From: Mollicutes bacterium
GTDB taxonomy: Bacteria > Bacillota_I > Bacilli_A > RF39 > UBA660
DNA length: 64,000 nucleotides
Assembly (NCBI GenBank): GCA_012799635.1
Contig: JAAZKW010000034.1
Span: forward strand, 9,930 to 73,929
Reading direction: 5' to 3'
In this document: piece by piece, positions 10,960 to 20,828 of the stretch
How positions within the stretch are numbered: position 1 is the first letter of the stretch
Layout of the letters: the number at the start of each line of letters is the position of its first letter
Made by a program: the position numbers and the translations under genes
The notes under the pieces: generated by a model
Told to the model about the DNA's origin: nothing
The model's input: only the letters and a program-made list of their open reading frames with translations
Databases searched by the model: none

Positions 10960-11325
10960 TTATCCCTTTTTAATCTTTATTACATTATCTTCTTTTGTAC
11001 CTATCAAAGAAGTTCTAATAATGTAATAATTCTTACCTATAACTTTACCAAGTAAACTATCTATTTTAATTTCTATTTTAATATGTAACCCTTCCTCAAA
11101 AGATATCTCTATTTTTTCATATTCAATATTATTATCATTATATAGTTTTATTATATCATCTTTATCATTTCTTTCAATAGAAGTTTTAATAATCGTTCTT
11201 GTAATGGAATTTAATTTAACTTTATTATATGTTATTAATGATGTATCAATAATAACAGCACATGCAAGTAATAATAAAGGAAGAATTATAATAAATAAAG
11301 CAAGTGTTTGACCTTTATTATTCAT
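10960..11325 (-). CDS. TadG/TadE-like pseudopilin
   Basis: MNNKG|QTLALFIIILPLLLLACAVIID, Tad pseudopilin N-terminus. Confidence 0.8.
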   Translation of the reverse strand: MNNKGQTLALFIIILPLLLLACAVIIDTSLITYNKVKLNSITRTIIKTSIERNDKDDIIKLYNDNNIEYEKIEISFEEGLHIKIEIKIDSLLGKVIGKNYYIIRTSLIGTKEDNVIKIKKG

Positions 11326-11626
11326 ATATTATCCTTTTAATAAGGACTTTATGTTCTTGTCCTAAAACAGGTGTTAAAAATGGTGAATAAATATCCACTT
11401 TGTTAGATAAAATATATATTTTATAATTTTCTTTGCTTTCAATTACAAATTCATATTCACTAGAAAGAGCATAGCTTTCATCGGAAATTAAATTTTCTAA
11501 TGTAAGTTCTAAATTGCTTTTATTTTGCATTATTCTTACGTAATCTAAAGTAGCAATTAATAGCATTATAAAAACGGGTACAACGATAATAAATTCGACT
11601 AAAGCCTGACCCTTTTTATTCATCAT
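11318..11626 (-). CDS. tadE: TadE-like pseudopilin
   Basis: NKKG|QALVEFIIVVPVF, canonical TadE motif. Confidence 0.88.
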   Translation of the reverse strand: MMNKKGQALVEFIIVVPVFIMLLIATLDYVRIMQNKSNLELTLENLISDESYALSSEYEFVIESKENYKIYILSNKVDIYSPFLTPVLGQEHKVLIKRIIYE

Positions 11627-11731
11627 ATCACCTACTATATTATATTATAGTTAATTTTATCTAAAAATTCAATTATATTTCATTGATTAAAGAACAAAAA
11701 TGCAATATAATTATTTAAAGGAAGGTATTAG

Positions 11732-12370
11732 ATGAACAAAAAAATTATTTTATTGCTATTTATTATAAATTTATTATTATTATCGGCTTGTACTAGTACA
11801 AGTGGTGTTGATAAAATAACTATGCCAAAAGAAAACCCTATTGTAACAATGGAATTTGAAAAATATGGAACAATAACAATTGAACTATATCCAGAAAAAG
11901 CCTTTAATACTGTTGCTAATTTTGTAAACTTAATCGAAGATAAGTTTTATGATGATAATACTGTTCATAGAGTTCAAAAAGGATTTGTAATTCAGGGAGG
12001 AGATCCAACAGGCAAAGGAAATGGGGGACCGGGTTACTCTATTAAGGGAGAATTTAGTGAAAATGGTCATGATAATGATCTAAAGCATACTAAAGGAGTT
12101 ATATCCATGGCAAGAACAAATGATCCTGATTCTGCTGGAAGTCAGTTCTTTATTGTAACAAATGATGATGCAAAATATTCTCTTGATAATAAATACGCTG
12201 GATTTGGTAAAGTAATCGAAGGAATGGATGTTATAGAAAAAATAGAAAAAGAGAAATTTAAATATACTAATGAACAAATGGGAATGTTAAAATCACCATT
12301 TAAAATAATTAAAGCTACTGTAGATACTAAAGGATATGAATATAAGGTAAGAAAAATAGAACAAAATTAA
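11732..12370 (+). CDS. Cyclophilin-type peptidyl-prolyl isomerase, lipoprotein
   Basis: Lipobox LLSAC; HRVQKGFVIQGGDP, ISMAR, AGSQFFI, FGKVIEGMDV. Confidence 0.95.
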   Translation: MNKKIILLLFIINLLLLSACTSTSGVDKITMPKENPIVTMEFEKYGTITIELYPEKAFNTVANFVNLIEDKFYDDNTVHRVQKGFVIQGGDPTGKGNGGPGYSIKGEFSENGHDNDLKHTKGVISMARTNDPDSAGSQFFIVTNDDAKYSLDNKYAGFGKVIEGMDVIEKIEKEKFKYTNEQMGMLKSPFKIIKATVDTKGYEYKVRKIEQN

Positions 12371-12383
12371 TTGTTCTATTTTT
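12352..12383. terminator. Probable bidirectional terminator
   Basis: 13-bp perfect arms aaaaatagaacaa / ttgttctattttt between convergent genes. Confidence 0.7.
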
Positions 12384-12418
12384 ATAACCTCCAAACAAAT
12401 TTTAATATATATGGAGTT

Positions 12419-13909
12419 TTACATGCTCATGGTTTTTTCTGGTTCAATTACCTTTTCTTGTTCCAAAGTTATTTGCAAAGCATCATAAACGCTAATTTTT
12501 ATTAAATAATCTATATAATTATATGGATAAATCCCAGATATACTATCTGCAGGAATTTGATAATCGTCCGTATATTGTTTTTGCATTTCTTTTGTTAAAC
12601 AATCATTTGTAGGTTCTGAATTTATTTTACTTAAAATTTCTTCCACTTGCAACTCTATATCACTTGGAAGAATAATCCCAATTTTATTTAATTCTTCTCT
12701 TATTTGTCTAATAATTAAATCAATACCATAATCAGTAGATGTAGAAGGCGAAAAATAAACCGGCCGAACAATATCTAAATATTCTTTTCTAGTAAAATAA
12801 GTTTTAGTTTCATGAGTTTTTTTAATAAATTCAATAAAACAATTTATATCATCAAAATATTTTTCTCTTGCAGCATCTATAGTATTAAAATGTGGTTCTA
12901 TTGGAAGATTAGGCATGATTTTTTTTAACATTTCATAGTATTTAGCATCATTCCCTGAAAGCCATTCCCACGAAGTAGCTTGTTCAACATGTTTCCCAAG
13001 CAAACCTACTAAAGCATTGGCATATCCTGAAACTTTTTGTCCTTCATAAGCAACAACTATTATATTAGGATTTTGTTTTTTAACACTCTTTATATCTTCT
13101 TTAGGACAAAGAAAAATAGCTTCTGGAGGTAATTGAATTCCACCTTCAAAATAAGTATCAACAACTACACCAGATTTTAAATTTTCAAGTGGCATTTTAT
13201 CAAATGGAATCACAACTGCATACCTACAATTGTCCCAATTACCTAGTCCATGATTTCCTACCTCTGAATTAACTGAAAAATGAAGTGTGTTCCTATTTCT
13301 TGTAAACTTATATTCGCCAACTTTATTCATTCCAAAGAAACCTTTATGAATTAATCCGGTTTCTTTCAGAGTTCTAATTCTTCCACCAGATGGAATATAT
13401 CTTGTTTTATGAACTAAAACAAAATCTTCTAAACCATTATACCTTTCGGGGTTATTTTGGGTTGTTTTATCTTTTTCACTTAAAGTGATGGTTATACCAT
13501 TTGCATCAGCTAAAGATATTAATTCTGAAAAACTCAAATTAAAATCTGCTAATTTTTCTTTTTCTTGATATAACCGAGTTATTTTTTTAATTATTTCATT
13601 TCTATCTTTAAATAAAGATATACATCTAGATAATAATAATTTCTTTTCCTCTAATAACTCAATATGCTCTTTTAATTTTTTAATTCCTTTAGGATTAAAT
13701 AATCTTTTTAAAAAACTCCTTTGATTTATTTTAGCTTCATTTAAAAGTTGTTCATGCTCATTATAAACTGCCTGTATTTCTTCCAACATTGTGTTACAAT
13801 CTAAGCTCAACTTTTCTAACAATTCTTGTATTTGCTTATTATAACTTATTAATTCCTCATTTTCTTTTAGTTCTTTTTGACAAAGAATTTCTCTTAATTG
13901 TTCAATCAT
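12419..13909 (-). CDS. Orphan protein: N-terminal coiled coil plus possible ADP-ribosyltransferase-like domain
   Basis: 496-aa ORF with GGTGA RBS; motifs LVHKT and RNTLHFS; function is inference. Confidence 0.7.
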   Translation of the reverse strand: MIEQLREILCQKELKENEELISYNKQIQELLEKLSLDCNTMLEEIQAVYNEHEQLLNEAKINQRSFLKRLFNPKGIKKLKEHIELLEEKKLLLSRCISLFKDRNEIIKKITRLYQEKEKLADFNLSFSELISLADANGITITLSEKDKTTQNNPERYNGLEDFVLVHKTRYIPSGGRIRTLKETGLIHKGFFGMNKVGEYKFTRNRNTLHFSVNSEVGNHGLGNWDNCRYAVVIPFDKMPLENLKSGVVVDTYFEGGIQLPPEAIFLCPKEDIKSVKKQNPNIIVVAYEGQKVSGYANALVGLLGKHVEQATSWEWLSGNDAKYYEMLKKIMPNLPIEPHFNTIDAAREKYFDDINCFIEFIKKTHETKTYFTRKEYLDIVRPVYFSPSTSTDYGIDLIIRQIREELNKIGIILPSDIELQVEEILSKINSEPTNDCLTKEMQKQYTDDYQIPADSISGIYPYNYIDYLIKISVYDALQITLEQEKVIEPEKTMSM

Positions 13910-13973
13910 ACTATCACCAGTTTTATTTTAACATACCAATAATATTTTAACAATCTGAGACCTTTTAATATTA

Positions 13974-16900
13974 TTAATTCTTTATTAGACTAATACCAAT
14001 ATTATAATCGTTTAAATTATAATCTAAACTTAATGTATCATCAAAAATAATATCTACTGCTAAAGTTTCATTTTTAATATAATCAGCATTATCAATAATA
14101 CTATCTTTAAATAAACCCTCCGTATTATATTTAATTATAATCCGATCTGCAATATCAAAATTGTTTTCTTTTCTTAGCATTTGTACTTTAGATACAAATT
14201 CTCGTGCATTACCTTCTTTGATTAAAGATTCATTTAAAGTAGTATTTAAAATAACAAAATCACCTAAAGATGTTCCAATATTAAAACCTTCTTTTGCAGT
14301 ATATCGAATATCTACCATATCTTTAGTAATATCATATAAAGTATTATCAATTTTCATTTGGATAACACTATCATTTTGAAGTTTTTCAATATCTGATGAT
14401 GATAATTCTAATAATTTTTTAGCATATTCATGAATGTTTTTACCAAAGATTTTACCCACTACTTTAAATTCTGGTTTAATTGTAAAGTCCATATACTTGT
14501 TTAAATCTTTTTCAAAAACAACTTCTTTAACATTTAATTCTTCTTTAATCAATGTTGTAAGACTAGATAATAATTTTTCATTCTTACCATCAATTAATAC
14601 TTCTGACAACGGTTGTCTTACTTTAATTTTATTTTCTTCTCTAACATATCTTCCAATACTAATTAAATTTCTTACTAAATCCATTTTATCTTCTAAATCT
14701 TTATTTATTAATGATTTATCATATTTAGGAAAAGGTGCTAAATGAACTGACTTATTCCCAGTTATTTTTTGATATATTTCTTCGGATACAAAAGGTACTA
14801 TTGGAGCAATCATTTTACATAACCCAGTTATTACTTCATATGTTGTTATATATACTGATTTCTTACTATTATTAAGTTCTGATCCCCAGAAACGATCTCT
14901 ATTTCTCCTGATATACCAATTAGATAAATCTTCAGATACAAAATTAGTAATAACTTTTACTACTTTATTTAAATCATATACATCATAACTTTCTGTTACA
15001 TATTTTAATAAACTATTATATTTAGATAATAACCATTTATCTATTTCTTCGCGCTCTTTTACATCAATATTACAATCATTGATATCAATATTATCTGTAG
15101 TTGCATACATCGAAAAGAAATTATAAGTATTTTTTAAAGGATTAAAGAACTTAGAATGGACTTCTTTTAAGCCTTCTTCATCAAACTTTAGTGGTATCCA
15201 AACTGGTGATGCATAAGGAATATACCATCTAATAGCATCTGCTCCATACTTTTCTAGTAAAGCAAATGGTTCAATAGAATTACCTTTTGATTTATGCATT
15301 TTTTGACCATGTTTATCAAGCAACAATTCATTTACTAAAACATTCTTATAAGGAGACTTGCCAGTTAAAAAGACTCCGATTACAAGTAGTGAATAAAACC
15401 AACCTCTTGTTTGATCAATACCTTCACAAATAAAATCAGCTGGATATTGTTCTTCCCATAGCTTTTTATTTTCAAAAGGATAATGATATTGTGCAAATGG
15501 CATAGATCCCGAATCAAACCAACAATCAATAACTTCAGGTGTTCTTTGCATCTTTTTACTACATTTAGGGCATTTGATAAAAACATTATCAACAAATGGC
15601 TTATGTAAATCAATATCCTTATCATTTAACTTTTCTATTGACCTTTCTTTCAGCTCTTTAATTGAACCTATCATTTCCATATGACCACAGTCACAGCGCC
15701 ATAAAGGAAGAGGGGTTCCCCAATATCTATTTCTTGATATTGCCCAATCGGTCATATTTAAAAGCCAGTTACCAAATCTTTTGGTTCCAACATATTCAGG
15801 GAACCAGTTTACTTTTTCATTTGCTTTTATAATTTCATCTTTAATCTTAGTAACTTCAAGATAATAAGATGGTCTTGCATAGTAAACTAAAGGACTATGA
15901 CATCTCCAACAATGAGGATATTCATGATCCATCTTCTGTTTTTTAAATAACTTATTATTTTCTTTTAAGTAATCTACTATTTTTAAATCAGCATCAAAAA
16001 TATTTTCTCCTTGCCAAGGTCCCTCATTAAATGTTCCATCTTCATTAACGGGATTTAATATAGCAAGATTATATCTTTTGCATACTTTATTATCATCCTC
16101 ACCAAACGCAGGAGCTATATGAACAATTCCCGTACCATCTTCAGTTGTTACAAAATCATCACACATAACTATAAAAGCTTTTTTTGATGGTTTTAATATC
16201 GGCATTAATTGCTCATATTCTGTATATTCTAAATCTTTACCTTTACATTTAGATAAAACTTTATATTCATCACCCAAAATCACAGGAGCTAATTTTTCTG
16301 ATAAAATAAATTTATTTCCTTTAGAAAGAGCTGTAATATATGTTTCATTTGGATTAACACAAAGGCCTACATTTGATATTAAAGTCCATGGTGTTGTAGT
16401 CCATACAAGAAAATATTCATCACTATCTTTCTTCTTAAAAGTAACATAAACAGTGTTTGCCGTTATATTTTCATATCCTTGAGCAACTTCATGAGAAGCA
16501 AGTCCTGTACCACATCTAGGGCACCAAGGAAGAATCTTTTGCCCTTCATAAAACATCTTTTCTTCAAAAAATCTTTTTAAAATATACCATACGGTTTCAA
16601 TATATGAATTATCATACGTAATGTAAGGGTTATCAAGATCAATGAATTGACCCATTTCTTTAGTTAATCGATTAAAAGCATCAACATTTTTCCAAACAGA
16701 TTCACGACATTTCTGATTAAATTTATCAATGCCATATTTTTCAATATCATCTTTCCCAGAAAAGCCTAATTCTTTTTCAACTTGTACTTCAACAGGAAGA
16801 CCATGAGTATCCCATCCTACTTTTCGAAGAACTTTTTTACCTTTCATAGTTTGATATTTACCAAAAGTATCTTTTAAAAACTTTGCTATCATATGATGAA

Positions 16901-17057
16901 GTCCTGGATTTCCATTGGCAGTTGCTGGTCCATCATAAAAAACAAAAGTTTCGTTTTCTTCCTTTATTGATTTTTCAAAAATTTTTTCTGTTTCAAAAAA
17001 GGTTCTAATATCTTTTTCTGTTTCATACACTTTTTTATCACTTAATTTTTTAAACAT
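13974..17057 (-). CDS. ileS: Isoleucine--tRNA ligase, type 2
   Basis: YDGP.TANG, GWDTHGLPVE, WTTTPWTL, DWAISRNRYWGTPLP, GIDQTRGWFY; IleRS2-type C-terminus; ATG at 17057 behind GGAGG. Confidence 0.97.
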   Translation of the reverse strand: MFKKLSDKKVYETEKDIRTFFETEKIFEKSIKEENETFVFYDGPATANGNPGLHHMIAKFLKDTFGKYQTMKGKKVLRKVGWDTHGLPVEVQVEKELGFSGKDDIEKYGIDKFNQKCRESVWKNVDAFNRLTKEMGQFIDLDNPYITYDNSYIETVWYILKRFFEEKMFYEGQKILPWCPRCGTGLASHEVAQGYENITANTVYVTFKKKDSDEYFLVWTTTPWTLISNVGLCVNPNETYITALSKGNKFILSEKLAPVILGDEYKVLSKCKGKDLEYTEYEQLMPILKPSKKAFIVMCDDFVTTEDGTGIVHIAPAFGEDDNKVCKRYNLAILNPVNEDGTFNEGPWQGENIFDADLKIVDYLKENNKLFKKQKMDHEYPHCWRCHSPLVYYARPSYYLEVTKIKDEIIKANEKVNWFPEYVGTKRFGNWLLNMTDWAISRNRYWGTPLPLWRCDCGHMEMIGSIKELKERSIEKLNDKDIDLHKPFVDNVFIKCPKCSKKMQRTPEVIDCWFDSGSMPFAQYHYPFENKKLWEEQYPADFICEGIDQTRGWFYSLLVIGVFLTGKSPYKNVLVNELLLDKHGQKMHKSKGNSIEPFALLEKYGADAIRWYIPYASPVWIPLKFDEEGLKEVHSKFFNPLKNTYNFFSMYATTDNIDINDCNIDVKEREEIDKWLLSKYNSLLKYVTESYDVYDLNKVVKVITNFVSEDLSNWYIRRNRDRFWGSELNNSKKSVYITTYEVITGLCKMIAPIVPFVSEEIYQKITGNKSVHLAPFPKYDKSLINKDLEDKMDLVRNLISIGRYVREENKIKVRQPLSEVLIDGKNEKLLSSLTTLIKEELNVKEVVFEKDLNKYMDFTIKPEFKVVGKIFGKNIHEYAKKLLELSSSDIEKLQNDSVIQMKIDNTLYDITKDMVDIRYTAKEGFNIGTSLGDFVILNTTLNESLIKEGNAREFVSKVQMLRKENNFDIADRIIIKYNTEGLFKDSIIDNADYIKNETLAVDIIFDDTLSLDYNLNDYNIGISLIKN

Positions 17058-17065
17058 ATTCCCTC

Positions 17066-17270
17066 CATAAAAAAAGGTAATACCAAAGGGCGAAAACCGC
17101 GGTACCACCTTTATTTTTTCTTAATAATTTAACGCTTCTTAGCGTCTTATCTTACTGTGTTTTCAGATAAGAAGTTTACAAGTGATCTAGATATATCATC
17201 ATTACTAATTTTCATCAACCATCAGCTTTCTTAAAACTTTAATATATCCCCTCTTGGTCATAACTTTTAA
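17066..17270 (-). promoter_or_regulatory. T-box riboswitch leader of ileS (boundaries approximate)
   Basis: T-box motif AAGGTGGTACCGCG (about 17098-17111), then GC-containing stem and T-run; upstream stem-I-like GCTGATGGTTGATGAAA and candidate AUC (Ile) specifier in GATCAC. Confidence 0.9.
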
Positions 17271-17453
17271 ACAATACATTCATTTTAATATAAATATTGT
17301 AAAACTGCAAGAGTTATTGACTAACTTTGTTATTTATCAAAGTAAATGCAATAAATAATAAAATCTAAGTCTTTTATATTTTTACTTTTTAGGACTCGAA
17401 AAAAACAACACTTCTTAATGAAAGAATATCATCACTAAATACATATTAGTACA

Positions 17454-17759
17454 TTATTGTAAATCATCACGTGATATTCTTGAAATAGCTATATCATTTT
17501 CGTATTCTATAAAAGTTAATTTCTTGTTATTATCAAAAAAATATTTAGAAAGTGATACATATATAGGATTTATCTCATTTAATTTATTAATAGTCTCTTG
17601 ATTCAAAGGCTTTAACAAATCATTAATAATGATTTCTTCATTTCCGATATCAAAATTTTCAAAACCATTTCCATTATTATTAATTTTAACATTATAACCA
17701 AATTTTATAATATTAGTCTTCCCAAACAAATTAATATTTCTTTTTATAATATATTTCAT
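17454..17759 (-). CDS. Hypothetical protein
   Basis: 101-aa ORF with AGAAGTGA RBS-like sequence; no recognisable motif. Confidence 0.5.
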   Translation of the reverse strand: MKYIIKRNINLFGKTNIIKFGYNVKINNNGNGFENFDIGNEEIIINDLLKPLNQETINKLNEINPIYVSLSKYFFDNNKKLTFIEYENDIAISRISRDDLQ

Positions 17760-17862
17760 AATATCACTTCTTTCTAAAAAAGGGGAAAGTAAAACTACTA
17801 CTCACCAATAATTTAAATTATACTTTTCACAAAACTTCTTAAAATAAAAAGAGATTACTCTC

Positions 17863-18072
17863 TTATTTAAATCGATTCATTTGACTCATAACTTGTTTAA
17901 CTTGCTTAGCAGATGGTTTTCTTCCCATACTACTCATCATAGCTTCAATCATTTTCTCATTAATTGGTGGGTTTTCAGTAAGTTGTTTTTTCATCAACTG
18001 TTTAGAAATTATAAATCCAATAATTATCCCTACAACTAAAGAGCCAATACTCCATAATATTGTTTCTAACAT
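17863..18072 (-). CDS. yneF: YneF/UPF0154 family protein
   Basis: TM then ENPPINEKMI..MM..MGRKPS.KQV.Q; downstream of tkt as in Bacillus. Confidence 0.93.
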   Translation of the reverse strand: MLETILWSIGSLVVGIIIGFIISKQLMKKQLTENPPINEKMIEAMMSSMGRKPSAKQVKQVMSQMNRFK

Positions 18073-18128
18073 TTTCTATCTCCTTAACTGATATTTTACT
18101 ATAATTAGATTATTCTAGCAACCTCTCT

Positions 18129-20108
18129 TTAATCAAAATTTTTCTTTATTCGATATAAAATAGAATTATAATCAAAATTTAAATATTTAAGAACATCATC
18201 TTTTTTACCAGATATACCAAACTCATCAACACCAATAGCACAATCTTTGTTTGTTGCAAAACGATTCCATATCATTGATGAACCTGCTTCTAAGGTAATA
18301 ATTTTGACTTCTTTAGGGAAAAGCTTTTCCTCATAAATAGGAGTTTGTTTTAAAAACAATTCCATACATGGCATAGATACTACCCTAAGATCTATTCCTT
18401 GAGTAAATAATTCCTCTGCAGCTTTTAATGCAATAGCTACTTCAGATCCTGTCGCAATAAGTACTCCAGATAATTTTTCTTTTTCTTTTCTAACAATATA
18501 AGCTCCATATTGAACATATTTTCCGTTTGTATGCTTATTAACAATCATTTTTTCTTTAGAAATAATTAAACACGAAGGTCCTTTATTTTTTAAAATATAT
18601 TCCCACGAACCAATAATCTCCTTAATATCACAAGGCCTAAACACCTTCATATTAGGAATACTACGAAGCATAGTAAGTTGTTCTATTGGTTGAAAGGTTG
18701 GACCATCTTGGCCAATAGAAATGCTATCATGAGTAAAGATATAAGTGATTGGTAAATTCATCATAGCACTAACTCTCATCGCAGGTTTCATATAATCAGC
18801 AAAAGCTAAAAATGTTGAGGAAAAAACCCTAAGGCCACAAAGGGCCATGCCACCTAGAATACCAGCCATAGCATGTTCTCTAATTCCAAAAGCAATATTT
18901 TTAGCAAGAGGGTTTTCCGAAGATGAAATGCCACTTTTTGTAAAATAAGCTTTTGTTAAAGTTTTAATATTACTAGAGCCACCTAAAAAGAATTTAGTCT
19001 TCGGAGAAATAAAATTAAGCACCTTTTGATTTGATAATCTTCCGTCTTCAAAATAATCGTTATTAATTTTATAATTATTACTATCAAAATCAATAATAAA
19101 TTGATCATTCTCAAGTAAATTAATCATATATACTAAATCAGGATTCCTACTTTTCTTAGCTTTATCATATTCTTTTAACCAAGCTTCATATTTTTTAGAA
19201 ACTCTTTTATCAATAGAACTTATTATCTCTTCTTTTATTTTTTCATCATAACTAAAAGATTCTTTTGGAAGTCCATATTTAACTTTTAAATCGATAATAT
19301 CTTTTTCATCAAGACCTCCAGCATGAAGGATATTATTATTTTCTTTTTTTAAATCTTTACCCAAAATTGTTTTAAAAATAATTATAGAAGGATACTTACT
19401 TCTTTTAGCTTCTTTTATAGCACTACTCACTTCATTTAAATTATGACCATTTTTAACATATATCACATTAAAGTCTAAAGCATCAAAACGATCTTCAATA
19501 TCTTCGATAGTTGAATTATATGTTGGCCCATCTGCATTCATATCATTACTATCATATAAAACAATTAATTTATTTAGTTTTTGCTTAGCTGCAAAAGCAA
19601 GTGCTTCATAACTAATACCTTCATCTAAATCACCATCGCTACATAAAACATAAGTATAAAAATCAATTAATTTACTTTTTGGATCAACCTTTTTACTTAA
19701 ATTTTCATAATATCTTTCTGCCATAGCAACACCAACTGCAGTTGCAATTCCTTGACCAAGAGGGCCAGTTGTTGCCTCAATTCCTAATTCTGGATCCATT
19801 TCTGGATGGCCTGGAGTAAACGAATCTATTTGTCTAAACCTTTTTAAATCCTCTAAGGAAAGATTATAACCTGCTAAATGAAGCATAGAATAATACATAG
19901 CAGAGCCATGACCACATGACATAATAAAACGATCCCTATTAATCCATTTAGGAATTTTACTAATGGTATTTAAATGATTTAAATAAAGACTATATAAAAT
20001 TGGTGACGCACTAAGGACAATACCAGGATTACCACTTTCTGCTTCATTTATCATATCAAGAGCTAGTAATTTTACAGTATTAAGTTTTTTATCGTTCCTT
20101 ATTGCCAT
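18129..20108 (-). CDS. tkt: Transketolase (divergent active site)
   Basis: NRDRFIMSCGHGS, TPGHPE, TTGPLGQG, ThDP motif DGD..EG..N, FGIREHAM, THDSI; start likely ATG 20108. Confidence 0.92.
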   Translation of the reverse strand: MAIRNDKKLNTVKLLALDMINEAESGNPGIVLSASPILYSLYLNHLNTISKIPKWINRDRFIMSCGHGSAMYYSMLHLAGYNLSLEDLKRFRQIDSFTPGHPEMDPELGIEATTGPLGQGIATAVGVAMAERYYENLSKKVDPKSKLIDFYTYVLCSDGDLDEGISYEALAFAAKQKLNKLIVLYDSNDMNADGPTYNSTIEDIEDRFDALDFNVIYVKNGHNLNEVSSAIKEAKRSKYPSIIIFKTILGKDLKKENNNILHAGGLDEKDIIDLKVKYGLPKESFSYDEKIKEEIISSIDKRVSKKYEAWLKEYDKAKKSRNPDLVYMINLLENDQFIIDFDSNNYKINNDYFEDGRLSNQKVLNFISPKTKFFLGGSSNIKTLTKAYFTKSGISSSENPLAKNIAFGIREHAMAGILGGMALCGLRVFSSTFLAFADYMKPAMRVSAMMNLPITYIFTHDSISIGQDGPTFQPIEQLTMLRSIPNMKVFRPCDIKEIIGSWEYILKNKGPSCLIISKEKMIVNKHTNGKYVQYGAYIVRKEKEKLSGVLIATGSEVAIALKAAEELFTQGIDLRVVSMPCMELFLKQTPIYEEKLFPKEVKIITLEAGSSMIWNRFATNKDCAIGVDEFGISGKKDDVLKYLNFDYNSILYRIKKNFD

Positions 20109-20208
20109 ATATATCACTTCCTAAGTATATATTTTAACATGTAAATCAAAGTTAGTAAATTGAATAAAGTTTTTTAATTAAAAAACATATCCTTTAATAG
20201 GATATATT

Positions 20209-20730
20209 TTAATTATATTTTAAACAACAACCATCTTTATCACAATAACAGTCTACTAATCCCATTCTATGTTCACCACAATTTGTAGCAGCGCTTGTTC
20301 CTTCAGCTGCTTGATCAGATTTATAATTACTTACAAGGACATCATCAAATACATAAGTACCATCAGATATGGAGAAATAATAATTATATTTACCTGAATC
20401 ATATTCTACAAAAACTGAACCAGTATATTTATCCCCTGGATTATCATCTTCTGTCCACATTCCAGAACCTTTAGTAAAATAGCCATATTTATAAAGATAT
20501 TCCAAATCAAAACAAATATCACTATTCGAACTAAAAGAACCATTTAATTGTTCAAATTGATATGCATTTTTAGCTGCTTCCACTGCTGAAAGCCCTTCAA
20601 GTCCTAAAGATGATTTCTTAGCTCTTCCCACTAATGGTCCTATCGCTGTTACACCAATTAACATTACTACTGAAAGTATTGTTATTATTGCTAAAAGTTC
20701 TATTAAAGTAAATCCTTTATTATTTTTCAT
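20209..20730 (-). CDS. Type IV pilin-like protein with Cys-rich C-terminus
   Basis: MKNNKG|FTLIELLAIITIL class III signal; C-terminal NC...DCYCDKDGCC. Confidence 0.9.
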   Translation of the reverse strand: MKNNKGFTLIELLAIITILSVVMLIGVTAIGPLVGRAKKSSLGLEGLSAVEAAKNAYQFEQLNGSFSSNSDICFDLEYLYKYGYFTKGSGMWTEDDNPGDKYTGSVFVEYDSGKYNYYFSISDGTYVFDDVLVSNYKSDQAAEGTSAATNCGEHRMGLVDCYCDKDGCCLKYN

Positions 20731-20795
20731 TAAGCCTCCACAATATAATGTTATTTTAGCATATTAATTTTGTTTAATGAATAATTACAAACAAA

Positions 20796-20826
20796 AAAAT
20801 AGAGATACTTGTAATATCTCTATTTT
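20796..20826 (-). terminator. Probable terminator
   Basis: Arms aaaatagagata / tatctctatttt with T-run on minus strand, after the tandem paralogs. Confidence 0.65.
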
Positions 20827-20828
20827 AT

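Noticed and set aside
17058..17108. 17-aa N-terminal extension of IleRS in the ORF track
   Set aside because: It is the T-box antiterminator/terminator sequence; the real ATG at 17057 has a GGAGG RBS
17280..17860. ncRNA or decayed mobile gene around the 101-aa ORF
   Set aside because: No convincing structure, terminal repeats or continuation frame found by eye
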